DNA of 64,000 bases from a virus. Made by a program: the position numbers and the translations under genes. The notes under the pieces are model-generated. The model saw only the letters and a list, made by a program, of their open reading frames with translations, did not search any database and was not told the origin of the DNA. Shown here in pieces: positions 34,141 through 43,795 of the stretch (the stretch's first letter is position 1; each line of letters starts with the position of its first letter). The stretch spans positions 32,001-96,000 of the IMG/VR virus record IMGVR_UViG_3300050821_018577. One strand, written 5' to 3'.

Positions 34141-34620
34141 GCCCGGATCGAAACCTACCTGCTACCGCCTCACCTGCTACCATCCCAATGGGCTCACCCT
34201 AGCGTTTGGGGACGCGCGTACAATGGGCAACCAATGGGCCTAGGAGCCTATTAGCGGGCCGATATGGGCATGGGATGGGCTTGGACTCATAACTTTTAGC
34301 GTGAGGGAATGGGCTCCGGTCCTATTGCCCTCTCGAGGATTTGGGACCAAAATCCGGGTTTCTCCGTAGAGGTTTTGGCTAAAATTTTCAGTCCAAAGCG
34401 GTGTGCCATTCCCGGGATTTCCCAGCTAAAAAAATGAGTCGGTCGAGCTCTTGGATTTGGGTCCGTTTTTTGGTGTGATTTCGGAATCGATTTTAGCTTG
34501 AAATTCTAGCTGATTTTGCTCACCGTTTTGGATCCGTCTTGTTGCTGGTTTGCTCTATGGTTTTGTTGTTGTGGGTCTCTTGGTTTGAAACAGGCGCTTA
34601 CCTGGAATGACAAAAAGTGC

Positions 34621-34775
34621 TTGCCTAGGCAAAAACGCAGCTTTGTAGTCCTGTAGTTCCAATACCTACTCCAAATCCAAATCCAAACCTAAACCTATGT
34701 AGGCAATGCCTAGGCATAATTTTTACCGCGTAGGCAATGCCTAGGCATATGTTTAACATTGACAAGTCCTAGGTT
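34621..34775. promoter_or_regulatory. array of TGCCTAGGCA palindromes (operator/iteron-like) around a TTGACA box
   Basis: TTGCCTAGGCAA 34621, ATGCCTAGGCAT 34706 and 34737; 20-bp direct repeat spaced 31 bp. Confidence 0.7.
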
Positions 34776-34793
34776 GTGGATTATGACTCTAGG

Positions 34794-34970
34794 ATGGAAA
34801 AGGGGCGAAAAAACCAGGGATTGGTGCTGTACATTGAGCTGAATTCGGAGCGGGATCAGCGGGTAAAACAGAGGCTGGTGGAGCTGGCTTCGGAGCGTCG
34901 CCAATCGGTGGCGCAATTGGCGCTCGGAATCCTCGAAAAATACTTGGAAAATTTGGACCGGAATTCATGA
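34794..34970 (+). CDS. ribbon-helix-helix (Arc/CopG-like) regulator
   Basis: LVLYIEL beta strand, RLVELASERRQSVAQLALGILEKYL helices. Confidence 0.65.
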   Translation: MEKGRKNQGLVLYIELNSERDQRVKQRLVELASERRQSVAQLALGILEKYLENLDRNS

Positions 34971-35191
34971 CGGAATTGGCCGGTTGCGAATGCGCGTTTT
35001 GGGGTCCGAATCCATGGTCGCAGGACATCACAAAATACTGCCCGGCGCACGAGCATCGAGCCTGCTCCGATGAGGGTCCGTTTTTTAAGGTGACCGACTC
35101 CGAGGTTTCTCTCTGTGCGTTCTGTCTTGAGTACCTGGTTGGCCGGAAACGGGCCGAGCAATTCCCGAATTTTCTGGCGGCGCGGTCGTAA
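34967..35191 (+). CDS. Cys/His-rich hypothetical protein
   Basis: ATGA overlap. Confidence 0.55.
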   Translation: MTELAGCECAFWGPNPWSQDITKYCPAHEHRACSDEGPFFKVTDSEVSLCAFCLEYLVGRKRAEQFPNFLAARS

Positions 35192-35422
35192 TTCACAAAT
35201 CCACAAAATTCACAGGTAACTCTTTGGAACGGGCTCTTGACAAAAATGGTGCCTGGGAATAGTGTGGTCGCCGCGGATGGGGAGAGCTTGAGCGAAATGG
35301 TCAACGGAAAAGATTGAACGTGGTTGCCGGCGCACCCGCCCCGGTGATTTCCTCCACTCTCTCTTCCGCACCGTTGGCTTTCAACTTCAAGGTTCTTCCC
35401 GTTCGCAGAATCCAGGCACAGC

Positions 35423-35620
35423 ATGAAACTTTGCGAGCTCGAGGAAGTCCTCTCGCTGTCCAAGGCTGTTGAGTTAAACCCTGCCGCAAAATATCTGGTC
35501 GTTCTCAAGGAAACGGTTTCGCCAGACCATGCCATGGAGTTGCAGGGCTGGCTCGCCGCGCAGGGATTGGACGTTATCGTGTTTCCCGCGGAGTGTCGGC
35601 TGTTTGAGATTACCGCGTGA
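35423..35620 (+). CDS. hypothetical protein
   Basis: 65-aa ORF. Confidence 0.55.
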   Translation: MKLCELEEVLSLSKAVELNPAAKYLVVLKETVSPDHAMELQGWLAAQGLDVIVFPAECRLFEITA

Positions 35621-35847
35621 AACCAGACAACATTGGCGCCGCCCTACTACGTATTCGCCGTGACGGCGGGCTGATTTTTTTTGAGCGCACACCCACCGGG
35701 CAATTTTTCTACGACCTGGTGTTCGGACGACAAACCGCGAAACGGCTGGCCAAGAAGTGGAATCTGACGCGCAGGGAAATCACCAAACTGCGCAGGCTTG
35801 GACGAAAAGGGTTGCGCTCCAATCGGCCCATCGCGAGGTCCCGCTGA
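35617..35847 (+). CDS. hypothetical basic protein
   Basis: GTGA overlap. Confidence 0.55.
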   Translation: MKPDNIGAALLRIRRDGGLIFFERTPTGQFFYDLVFGRQTAKRLAKKWNLTRREITKLRRLGRKGLRSNRPIARSR

Positions 35848-36690
35848 ATGCCGAAACGCGTTATCGATGCCGAAGCGGTTTGGGGCAGCACCAAGCTGGC
35901 GCACTGTCGCCAGGAATTCATTCCCGAATATACCTGGCTCTATGGGTTGGCCGACGCCAATGGAAATTTCGAGATGAATGACTTGCGAGTGATTCACGGC
36001 AAAGTCGCCGCCATCCGGCCGCACTTCACTCTCGATACCCTGCAGCGGGTGTTTGAGGATTTTAAACGCCATGGCCTGCTGTTTACCTGGGAAGAACGCG
36101 GCAAAAAATACGGCCACTGGACCGGCAGCAACAAGCCTGGGCGGTTGCCGCCCAAATCCCAGCGCGACCATTACCCGAAACTGGATGTGCGCACCCCGTC
36201 CGATGAGGAAATTCAGAAATATTGGGACAGTCTAGCGGTGGAGACGCCGGTACCAACTCTGTTCCCAACGCCTGTCGCCGTGCGCATCGAAGCCGAACAA
36301 ACGCTCAAGGCGCACACCGATGCCGCAGCCAAAAACGGCGACGAGCCGGCAAAATTTAAACAAGACAAATGGAGAGCCTTCTGGGAGCTATACCCGAATC
36401 ATCAGGATGAACTATCCAGCCGCGAACTGTTCATGCGCCTCGACATGCTAGTGATGGATGACGTCATCGCCGCGGTGGTGCTCTACAAAGCTTCCTCCAT
36501 CAGTTGGCAACAAGGCGACCGGTTCGTGCCCAAAGCCCGCAACTGGTTACAGGAAGAGAATTGGAAAAAGACCCCGCCCAAGGAGACCCCTAATGCCCGA
36601 CGAACGCTTGGACCTGCCGGTCGCACCAGAGAGGACCAGCTTGAGCGTATGCGCAAAAACGCCAAGACCCTTGGACTTGACCGTCCGTGA
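35848..36690 (+). CDS. phage replication initiator / replisome organiser
   Basis: N-terminal wHTH-like region (ADANGNFE), C-terminal FWELYP..VPKARNWL..W DnaD-like domain; upstream of DnaB. Confidence 0.75.
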   Translation: MPKRVIDAEAVWGSTKLAHCRQEFIPEYTWLYGLADANGNFEMNDLRVIHGKVAAIRPHFTLDTLQRVFEDFKRHGLLFTWEERGKKYGHWTGSNKPGRLPPKSQRDHYPKLDVRTPSDEEIQKYWDSLAVETPVPTLFPTPVAVRIEAEQTLKAHTDAAAKNGDEPAKFKQDKWRAFWELYPNHQDELSSRELFMRLDMLVMDDVIAAVVLYKASSISWQQGDRFVPKARNWLQEENWKKTPPKETPNARRTLGPAGRTREDQLERMRKNAKTLGLDRP

Positions 36691-37189
36691 AGGCTTACTG
36701 CGCCTGGCCACGCTCTACGACAGGGATGTAACCGAGCCCATGAAAGCGTTGTGGATGGAAAGCCTCGCTGGACTTGACCCGCGCCTTGCCGAAGCCGCTT
36801 TTAGGGAAGTGGAAAAAACCTTTGTGCCGACGATGGCTTGCCCGTTTCCTGTTCCGGCGCATGTCCGGAATTTATTGAAAGACGCCCAATCCATGGACCG
36901 CACTGCGGAAGCGGAACTGGCTTGGCAGAATAGCCTGGCCGTCATCCTGCATCTCTATCATCCAGACATCGGCTGGCATGGCACTCCGCTTGAAGGCCGC
37001 GAATTGCGCGCGGCCGAAGCTGCCGGAGGCCTGCGCTACCTGTTCACTGCCCCGGACGACAAACTGGTGTGGGCCAAAAAGGCTTTTGTTGAAGCCTATC
37101 TGCGGGAAGAACAATTGCTCGAAGCGGCGCCGTTGCTGCCGGAAGTTAGAAACCTACTGGCAGAAGCGGTCCAAAAACAAAACAAGTGA
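36593..37189 (+). CDS. helicase loader-like (lambda P / G39P-type) protein
   Basis: LWMESLAGL..AAF..V..FPVPAHVR; between initiator and DnaB. Confidence 0.6.
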   Translation: MPDERLDLPVAPERTSLSVCAKTPRPLDLTVREGLLRLATLYDRDVTEPMKALWMESLAGLDPRLAEAAFREVEKTFVPTMACPFPVPAHVRNLLKDAQSMDRTAEAELAWQNSLAVILHLYHPDIGWHGTPLEGRELRAAEAAGGLRYLFTAPDDKLVWAKKAFVEAYLREEQLLEAAPLLPEVRNLLAEAVQKQNK

Positions 37190-38559
37190 GCCGAACGCAA
37201 GCCAAACCGGAGGTCGAACGGCCGTTGCCGTCGAACATCGAAGCCGAACGCAGCGTGCTGGGCGCGGTGGTCCTCGACAATGCGGCGCTCGTGCCCATCC
37301 GTGCCTTGCTCGAACCGGAAGATTTTTTTCTGGATCAGCATCGCCGCATCTACATTCACATGATGGCGCTCAGTGAAAGCGAACAAGCCATCGACCTCAT
37401 CACCTTGACCGAAGGCCTCCACCGCGGCGGCAACCTTGAAGCCGCCGGCGGCGCTGGGTATATCGCCGCATTGGCCGACGGCATGCCCAAGGTCAGCAAC
37501 GTCGAGCACTATGCCAGGATCGTCAAGGAAAAAGCTCTACTGCGCAATCTTATCCATGCCACGGCCGATATCCAGCAGAAGGCGTTTGATGGTGACGACC
37601 GTGCCGCGGTGATTCTCGACAATGCCCGGGAGCAGGTATCCGCGCTGATTCAACAGCAGCCGACCGGCGGGTTTGTGCCGATAAAAACCATCGTGCACGA
37701 AAATTTCGAGCGCATCGAAAAGATTTTTACCGAAGGAAGAAACGTTACCGGGCTCGCAACCGGGTATTTAGAACTCGATAGGGCGCTTGCCGGGTTGCAG
37801 CCGGCCGAACTCATCATCCTGGCCGCCCGGCCCTCGCACGGCAAAACCAGTTTGGCGCTGAACATCGCCGAAAACATCTCCGTCCGCAATGGCAAGCCGG
37901 TGGGTTTTTGTTCGCTCGAAATGTCCAAGGAGTCTCTGCTATTGCGGTTGATGTCCTCGGTTGCCCAGGTGGACGCGCACAAATTCCGCACCGGACACCT
38001 GTCGCGGGAGGATTTCCGAAGGCTGACCGAAGCGCTCGCAACAATTTCGCAGGCTCCCTTATGGATCGATGACTCTTCGGCCTCCACCATCGGCGAAATG
38101 GCCGCGCGTTCGGAACGGCTCAAACAAGAACGCGCCATGTCGCTACTGGTGGTCGATTATCTGCAACTGGTGCGGTCCAGTTCCCGGGGCCGCAGCCGCC
38201 AGGAAGAAGTGTCCGATGTATCGCGCAACCTAAAAGCGCTGGCCAAGGATTTGGGCTGCCCGGTGCTGGCCCTGTCGCAACTCACCCGCGCGCCCGACAG
38301 GGAGGAACGAGCACCCATGCTGTCGGATTTGCGCGAGAGTGGCGCGATCGAACAGGACGCCGACGTGGTGCTGTTCATTCACCGGCCCGGACTGTACAAA
38401 CAAAACGCCACTATGGAAGAACGCGAGGACACCGAAGTGATTATCGCCAAGCAGCGCAATGGCCCGACCGACATCATTCAGTTCGTATTTCGCAGCCGGC
38501 TGACTCGCTTCGAGGAAGCCGCGCCGCCAGGATTTGGATTCCCGTCGGAGGATGCATGA
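37186..38559 (+). CDS. dnaB: replicative DNA helicase
   Basis: AE.SVLG N-domain, Walker A AARPSHGKT, VVDYLQL, LSQL.R, DLRESGAIEQDAD, KQRNGP. Confidence 0.97.
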   Translation: MSRTQAKPEVERPLPSNIEAERSVLGAVVLDNAALVPIRALLEPEDFFLDQHRRIYIHMMALSESEQAIDLITLTEGLHRGGNLEAAGGAGYIAALADGMPKVSNVEHYARIVKEKALLRNLIHATADIQQKAFDGDDRAAVILDNAREQVSALIQQQPTGGFVPIKTIVHENFERIEKIFTEGRNVTGLATGYLELDRALAGLQPAELIILAARPSHGKTSLALNIAENISVRNGKPVGFCSLEMSKESLLLRLMSSVAQVDAHKFRTGHLSREDFRRLTEALATISQAPLWIDDSSASTIGEMAARSERLKQERAMSLLVVDYLQLVRSSSRGRSRQEEVSDVSRNLKALAKDLGCPVLALSQLTRAPDREERAPMLSDLRESGAIEQDADVVLFIHRPGLYKQNATMEEREDTEVIIAKQRNGPTDIIQFVFRSRLTRFEEAAPPGFGFPSEDA

Positions 38560-39371
38560 ATCGCGAAGAGATAAAACTCGGAGATAGAGTTATTGTGGAA
38601 GGTACGGTGGCGGCGATCGATGGCGACGGCTGGCAGATTACCATCCGCGACGGCGGGCTGCCGCCTGTTGGAACGTTTTATTTTTCAAATCCCGCCGGCA
38701 TCCGCGCCGACCGCGAAATCACCGCGAAGAATTTGGCCGCAGCCTGGGCCAGGTATAGGGACTTGTTCGCCGACATTCCGCACGGCACAGAAAAACAGAT
38801 GGGCGCGTTGCTGGAGTTGCTGCCCGGCAGCGCGCGCACCACAGGGTTAGCGGGAATCAAGGCCGGACTTACAGAAGCGGAAGCGCAAGACCCTGGTGGC
38901 GCCCCTCCAATTAAATGGCCTTCTGACAGCGCGGCGGTGCGGGAGACGCTGGAGAAGTTCGCATACATGCGCTGGGATGAAGTCGAGCGAATAAAGCAGC
39001 AATGGGGCGGAGGCGTAACCGTCACGTTAAAAACGGACGGGCACGGTACCGAACTTGGGCACGTCACCATTGATGATTTGCTGCAAACTCGCGCCGCTCT
39101 CGCCTCCACTCCCGCCCAGCCCTCTCGCAGTTCATTGGAGCAATTCAAGGCGTGTCTGCTAACAGAGTCCAATCCGAACATTAAAGTCAGCAAAGTGATT
39201 GAAGCGATTGATAGGATGCTCGCAGTGGCTCCCGCCCAGCGTGACGCGGGTGAGAAGGTGCGGGATTTGGTGACTGGTTTGCGCAAAGAAGCAGCATCAA
39301 TGCCGAACGCACACGGAGCAATAATTTCACGCATAGCTGATAGGCTAGAAGCAGCTCTTCTCGCGGAGTAA
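38556..39371 (+). CDS. hypothetical protein
   Basis: 271-aa ORF, ATGA overlap. Confidence 0.6.
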   Translation: MNREEIKLGDRVIVEGTVAAIDGDGWQITIRDGGLPPVGTFYFSNPAGIRADREITAKNLAAAWARYRDLFADIPHGTEKQMGALLELLPGSARTTGLAGIKAGLTEAEAQDPGGAPPIKWPSDSAAVRETLEKFAYMRWDEVERIKQQWGGGVTVTLKTDGHGTELGHVTIDDLLQTRAALASTPAQPSRSSLEQFKACLLTESNPNIKVSKVIEAIDRMLAVAPAQRDAGEKVRDLVTGLRKEAASMPNAHGAIISRIADRLEAALLAE

Positions 39372-39374
39372 GCC

Positions 39375-39707
39375 ATGACCAATCCATCTGAGCGGGAACT
39401 GCGGGAGCGATTGGCAGCGAAGATTCGCGATGAATGGTTGCCGGAAGCGCAGCGGCTAATTGACAGGTCCGAGCAACTTGCGAACAACGGAGAAGCGCAT
39501 CGCTCTGATATTTCTCTGGCGCGTGGGAGAGAAATAGAAGGCATCGTGCATGGATTGGACATACTTTTGCAGGAGACAGCTATTCCGCCTGGACCGTTGC
39601 TACAGACGGATGCCGTGGAACAAAGGAAGGGCCTTGAGGTTGGTACAACGGGCCACGCACCGACGAGAGACCCTTCCTCCACGAAGTCTGACGCCGGGAC
39701 CTTATGA
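39375..39707 (+). CDS. hypothetical protein
   Basis: operon packing. Confidence 0.6.
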   Translation: MTNPSERELRERLAAKIRDEWLPEAQRLIDRSEQLANNGEAHRSDISLARGREIEGIVHGLDILLQETAIPPGPLLQTDAVEQRKGLEVGTTGHAPTRDPSSTKSDAGTL

Positions 39708-40030
39708 TTCATTACGCCAATCCGTGCGACCGGGAGGATTGCTGCGCTTACCGCGAAGAAGCTAGACGGCTGGCCAAAATCCTGAACACTCCGGAAATCG
39801 ATGACTTCTTCAAAGGCGTTGCGCTTGAATCCAAACACCAGCGGTTGCGCCACGGCGATGAAGCGGACTTGGAAAAAGACCCGGAAGAATGGTATTGGCT
39901 GGTAGGCTACCTCGCTGGCAAAGCGTTGCACGCGCAGCGCAGCGGAAATATGGAAAAATTCAAACACCACCTCGTCTCAACTTCCGCGGTGCTAGCCAAT
40001 TGGCACGCGCGCATATTGGAGAAATCATGA
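39704..40030 (+). CDS. hypothetical phage protein (WYWLVGYLAGKA)
   Basis: operon packing. Confidence 0.7.
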   Translation: MIHYANPCDREDCCAYREEARRLAKILNTPEIDDFFKGVALESKHQRLRHGDEADLEKDPEEWYWLVGYLAGKALHAQRSGNMEKFKHHLVSTSAVLANWHARILEKS

Positions 40031-40395
40031 GAAAAAGAAAACGCGAACACAAAATGGAAATTCGCAAACGGGAAATCAACGAAAGCTACTGCGTACAGCC
40101 GGGTTGTAAATTCAAAGGCAAGCCCGCGGCGCAGGGCATCTGCCACACGGTGCTCGACAAGGACCGCGACAAATACATTCGGACCGTCCTACAGGAAGGA
40201 CAAGATTTTCTTGACGACATCAAATCGCTGCGCAAGGTCAATAAGCAAACCACCGCCAAGGCCTGGATCCGGTATCTTGAAGGCCATGTTGCCTGCCAGT
40301 GGGCCAATACGCAATTCACCCTCGACGAGCTGATTTATCTGCGTGCCGAAAATGCCCGGCTGAAACTGGCGGCCGGCAAATGGAGGCGGCGATGA
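40027..40395 (+). CDS. hypothetical protein
   Basis: ATGA overlap at 40027. Confidence 0.6.
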   Translation: MRKRKREHKMEIRKREINESYCVQPGCKFKGKPAAQGICHTVLDKDRDKYIRTVLQEGQDFLDDIKSLRKVNKQTTAKAWIRYLEGHVACQWANTQFTLDELIYLRAENARLKLAAGKWRRR

Positions 40396-40580
40396 CGGCG
40401 GTTGAACTTGAACGGAAACTTGGCGCCTGCCCCATCAATGCCGAAGTAAAATTTTTCGGCCGCATCGAAATCCACTGGTCGTACATTGAAGGTGAAGCGA
40501 TTCCCGCCGGAGGTTATATCAACGTGGCCGAGGATGGAGCACGCACAACGGTAGTGAAGATTCCGGAGCCACTTCTATGA
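40392..40580 (+). CDS. hypothetical protein
   Basis: ATGA overlap. Confidence 0.55.
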   Translation: MTAVELERKLGACPINAEVKFFGRIEIHWSYIEGEAIPAGGYINVAEDGARTTVVKIPEPLL

Positions 40581-40813
40581 CCGTGGAACAATTACGCGCG
40601 AAGTATTGGCGGCTGCGGGCTAAATTCGATAGCAAAGAGGCGTGCATAACGCCGACCATCGACCGCGAAATTGCCATGCTGCAAGCCGAACTATTGGTCG
40701 AAATCGCCGTGCAGCTCGAGGAAGCCAAACAAGTACTCAATCGCGTTGGGGTGCTCAACTTCGAGGAGATTGCCTTGCGTCTCGAGGATTTGTTCAGAAA
40801 AACACAGGAGTGA
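40577..40813 (+). CDS. hypothetical protein
   Basis: ATGA overlap. Confidence 0.6.
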   Translation: MTVEQLRAKYWRLRAKFDSKEACITPTIDREIAMLQAELLVEIAVQLEEAKQVLNRVGVLNFEEIALRLEDLFRKTQE

Positions 40814-40816
40814 AAA

Positions 40817-41356
40817 ATGGACCCGCAGTTGAAATTTAAAACCGGAGTATGCAAAGGCCAGCCGCTTGATTCGGTGGGCGTCCCCTACCGGATCATCCGG
40901 CGCAACGGCGAGGATGTCGCTTATTTCAATAACGGCAACATGGCGCGCTTCTATCGCGATACAGCTGAACCGGTCCCCGTGAATCCGCCAACCTGCGCCA
41001 AGTGCGGGAAACTGTTTCTAGAGTGCGTTTGCGCCAAAGACGCCAAAGGCCACGCTCCCTGGCCGCATGGTCCTATCGCGCTCGATGAGATTGAATTCAC
41101 GCTGACACCACCGGGACATATACCAGTGTTCCGCAAAACCATTGGAGTGTATAAAACGCGTGATGGACACCGGCCCCAGCATCCCTGCGAACCGCTCTAT
41201 TGTGTACTCGAAGGCAGCAAGCAGCTCTACAACGTGGGTCGCGACACGGTTGGCCGCGGGTTGCGCGAATATCTTTGGCTCTATGATATACTACGCTCCT
41301 TCGGTCGCGGACGTTTCGCCGCGCTCCTCGAAGCGGAAGAGATTTATTTCCAATGA
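40817..41356 (+). CDS. hypothetical protein
   Basis: SD AGGAG. Confidence 0.6.
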   Translation: MDPQLKFKTGVCKGQPLDSVGVPYRIIRRNGEDVAYFNNGNMARFYRDTAEPVPVNPPTCAKCGKLFLECVCAKDAKGHAPWPHGPIALDEIEFTLTPPGHIPVFRKTIGVYKTRDGHRPQHPCEPLYCVLEGSKQLYNVGRDTVGRGLREYLWLYDILRSFGRGRFAALLEAEEIYFQ

Positions 41357-41532
41357 GACTGCTTGACCCGCGCAATCCCGTTTCGCAGGTGTTTTATTTG
41401 CGTGCTGGCGTGCATCCGGTAAAAGCTCCAGAGCCGCCTAAGCCAGAACCGGTATGGAAAGAAGGCAGTCCTGATGCGGCGAATCAGTTCATGTACCCCA
41501 AGCGCTTGATAGAATCCTGGTTCCAAAAATGA
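41353..41532 (+). CDS. 59-aa hypothetical protein (not in ORF track)
   Basis: ATGA overlaps on both sides; MRLLDPRNPVSQVFY... Confidence 0.55.
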   Translation: MRLLDPRNPVSQVFYLRAGVHPVKAPEPPKPEPVWKEGSPDAANQFMYPKRLIESWFQK

Positions 41533-41927
41533 GAGAGATAGACCCAGGCCACAAATATCAGTTGGACGTCTACGACGGTGCCGGAGAACAAGTAATCACC
41601 TTCATGAAGCGCGAAGGTCCTGGCTATCCATTCAACATCGGCCACTATCCAGGAACCAACTGCCAAGAACTGCTGCGCGTGTTAATAAGCCGCGTGGAGT
41701 ATTTGAACAAACAGATTCCCTGCCAAGACAACGAGCGGGTCCTGGCGCACTTGCGCTATGCCTTCCTCGATTTTGAACGCCGAGGCGCCATGCGGCACGG
41801 CGAGGAGCTTCAACCGTTACAGCTTTGGGATATCGATGACGTCTGTCCGGAGCGCATGCCGCACTGCCCTGTCTGTGGACACATCCGTTGTTTTGGCCAT
41901 AGGAAAGAATCCGATGGGACTCTATAA
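41529..41927 (+). CDS. Tad1/Acb2-hairpin-like putative nucleotide-signal sponge
   Basis: VITFMKR..GTNCQELLRVLISRVEYL..PCQDN..L.HL..A..FERR resembles the Tad1 helical hairpin. Confidence 0.55.
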   Translation: MREIDPGHKYQLDVYDGAGEQVITFMKREGPGYPFNIGHYPGTNCQELLRVLISRVEYLNKQIPCQDNERVLAHLRYAFLDFERRGAMRHGEELQPLQLWDIDDVCPERMPHCPVCGHIRCFGHRKESDGTL

Positions 41928-42309
41928 TTTTCAGCGGCGGTTTGTTTCTTTCATTAAGTCCGGAGCCAAAACCCACACCATCCGCGGGGTCCGCGCGCAT
42001 CCGGACAAGCCCGGGAACACGCTGCATCTCTACACCGGTCTGCGCACCAAGAAGGCCAAGCTGCTCATGCGTGTACCGTGCGTGAAGGTGGAAGAAATTG
42101 AAATCTGGCATGAAGTAGCGACCGCTGAGGACCGTGGTCCAAGTTTCTTTGTTGTCCGCATCGATGGCACCCATCTCGATAAGACCGAATGCGAGAGCCT
42201 CGCCCATCGAGACGGGTTTTCAAGTTTTCATGAAATGATGAAATTCTGGATTGAGCCCAAGAACCGGTTGCCGTTTCGCGGACACATTATCCACTGGAGG
42301 CTGTCATGA
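41914..42309 (+). CDS. ASCH/PUA-like domain protein
   Basis: F..FI.SG.KTHTIR...PG..LHLYTG.R; A..DGF. Confidence 0.8.
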   Translation: MGLYNFQRRFVSFIKSGAKTHTIRGVRAHPDKPGNTLHLYTGLRTKKAKLLMRVPCVKVEEIEIWHEVATAEDRGPSFFVVRIDGTHLDKTECESLAHRDGFSSFHEMMKFWIEPKNRLPFRGHIIHWRLS

Positions 42310-42536
42310 TTTTGAATCTGCTGTGGCTTTGCATTGCTATCGGCTGGATGGAGGACGGAATGATTGTGCGGTTGCTCTCAATCCATTTGCGCGACCCTAG
42401 CGACCCGTGCCTTTCATTCTCGATTCATTGGAGCGACAAACAGGCAGTCTATATACAACTCTGGAAAGCGTGGCGACCAAGCGGGCCGCGAATCAGAATT
42501 GGAAACTGGGAATTGCCCGCACGGAGCAGCGCATGA
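42306..42536 (+). CDS. hypothetical protein
   Basis: ATGA overlaps. Confidence 0.5.
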   Translation: MILNLLWLCIAIGWMEDGMIVRLLSIHLRDPSDPCLSFSIHWSDKQAVYIQLWKAWRPSGPRIRIGNWELPARSSA

Positions 42537-43144
42537 GCGCGGACATTGCAGAATCGTTGACAGAAATCATCGGCCAGATTCTTGACGATTCGCGTTATCT
42601 TGAAGGGATCACCTATGGGCTGCCGCGCAAAGGCCACGAGGAAGGCACGGTCAAAAACCACATCTTTGAATTACGCCAGAGTCTTGAAAAACTTTCCGGG
42701 ATGCTCAGTGAAGAAGAATATTTGAAACTGCTCATCCTGATTCACGTCCATGACAGTTTCAAGCTCGCCGGCAAGCGGCTCTCCGACAATCATCAAGTCT
42801 CGTTGCGGGATCCGCGCAGCCACGCGTCGCTGGCCCGCGCATTTCTGGCCGAATTCACTAACGACGAATCGATGCTGGCCGTTGCGCAGTGGCACGATGA
42901 AGGCCACGCGCTCTGGAAGCAGGTGGAGGCCAAGGGAAAATTCAGCGTTGTGCGGCTCGATGAAGCCTTGCGCTACATTCCGGATGTGGAGCTCTATCTG
43001 CTGTTCACGGTCATCGACGGCTACACTAAGAGCAAACTGAAAGACCGGACGCCCAAATGGTTTCTGGACGTCGTGCGCGACCACTGTGTTCCGCCGCAGC
43101 CATATCGGGCTTACAAAGCCTTAGAGCTACTGGAGGCTGGATGA
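42533..43144 (+). CDS. HD-domain metal-dependent phosphohydrolase
   Basis: GHEEGTVKNH, IHVHDSFK, HASLA, WHD motifs. Confidence 0.8.
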   Translation: MSADIAESLTEIIGQILDDSRYLEGITYGLPRKGHEEGTVKNHIFELRQSLEKLSGMLSEEEYLKLLILIHVHDSFKLAGKRLSDNHQVSLRDPRSHASLARAFLAEFTNDESMLAVAQWHDEGHALWKQVEAKGKFSVVRLDEALRYIPDVELYLLFTVIDGYTKSKLKDRTPKWFLDVVRDHCVPPQPYRAYKALELLEAG

Positions 43145-43794
43145 GTTTTTCACGCCGCGCCCTGCAAGCCGAAGCAGACGCCCGGGACCGGATCCACCAG
43201 CGTCAAAAAAGCAGCCGGCCATTGAGTGAGGACTATTCGCTCCTGGGTGTCGCCGGCGAAGCGCAATTTGAAAGAGATTTTAAAATCCCGCGCGACAGGC
43301 GCCTACTTCCAGGAGGCGATGGCCGCGTCGATTTTACTTTAGGAGACTACACTTTCGACCCGAAGGTGGCGGCAGCCTGCGGCCTCGACGGATGGTACAT
43401 CCTGCTCGAAGCGGACAAGCACAACGCGCGGATCATCGTCCAAGGAAAATTTTGCGAGGAAGGCGGCGAAATTTCAGTGGTCTGGCTCGGCTGGGAATAT
43501 TCCGGGGAATTACTAGCATGTCCTGTCAAGCGGCTGAATCCCAAAGGCCCGCTAAATCATTTCAAACCCATCAAAGAGTGTCGGAAGATGTCCGAGCTCG
43601 CGGAAATCATCCGTAACGAAAAAATTCGTCTTGGCCTTGTCGTCAAGCCGAAGCTGGACCTGAGACTAGCGCCCGGAGCCCTGTGCGGCAGTATGTCCTG
43701 CAACGGCTGTTATGATATCGGCGACGACAAGACGATTCATCCGCCGCGGCCTGGATACGAGCAGCAGCAACTCATTGTTCTCGACGGAGACTAA
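43141..43794 (+). CDS. PD-(D/E)xK-like nuclease candidate
   Basis: G..GE..F...GDG.VDF...TFDPK. Confidence 0.5.
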   Translation: MSFSRRALQAEADARDRIHQRQKSSRPLSEDYSLLGVAGEAQFERDFKIPRDRRLLPGGDGRVDFTLGDYTFDPKVAAACGLDGWYILLEADKHNARIIVQGKFCEEGGEISVVWLGWEYSGELLACPVKRLNPKGPLNHFKPIKECRKMSELAEIIRNEKIRLGLVVKPKLDLRLAPGALCGSMSCNGCYDIGDDKTIHPPRPGYEQQQLIVLDGD

Positions 43795-43795
43795 A

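Noticed and set aside
38678-39970. 430-aa minus-strand ORF and similar long antisense ORFs (e.g. 46590..47669, 53068..53883)
   Set aside because: Shadows of GC-rich plus-strand genes with no recognisable motifs.
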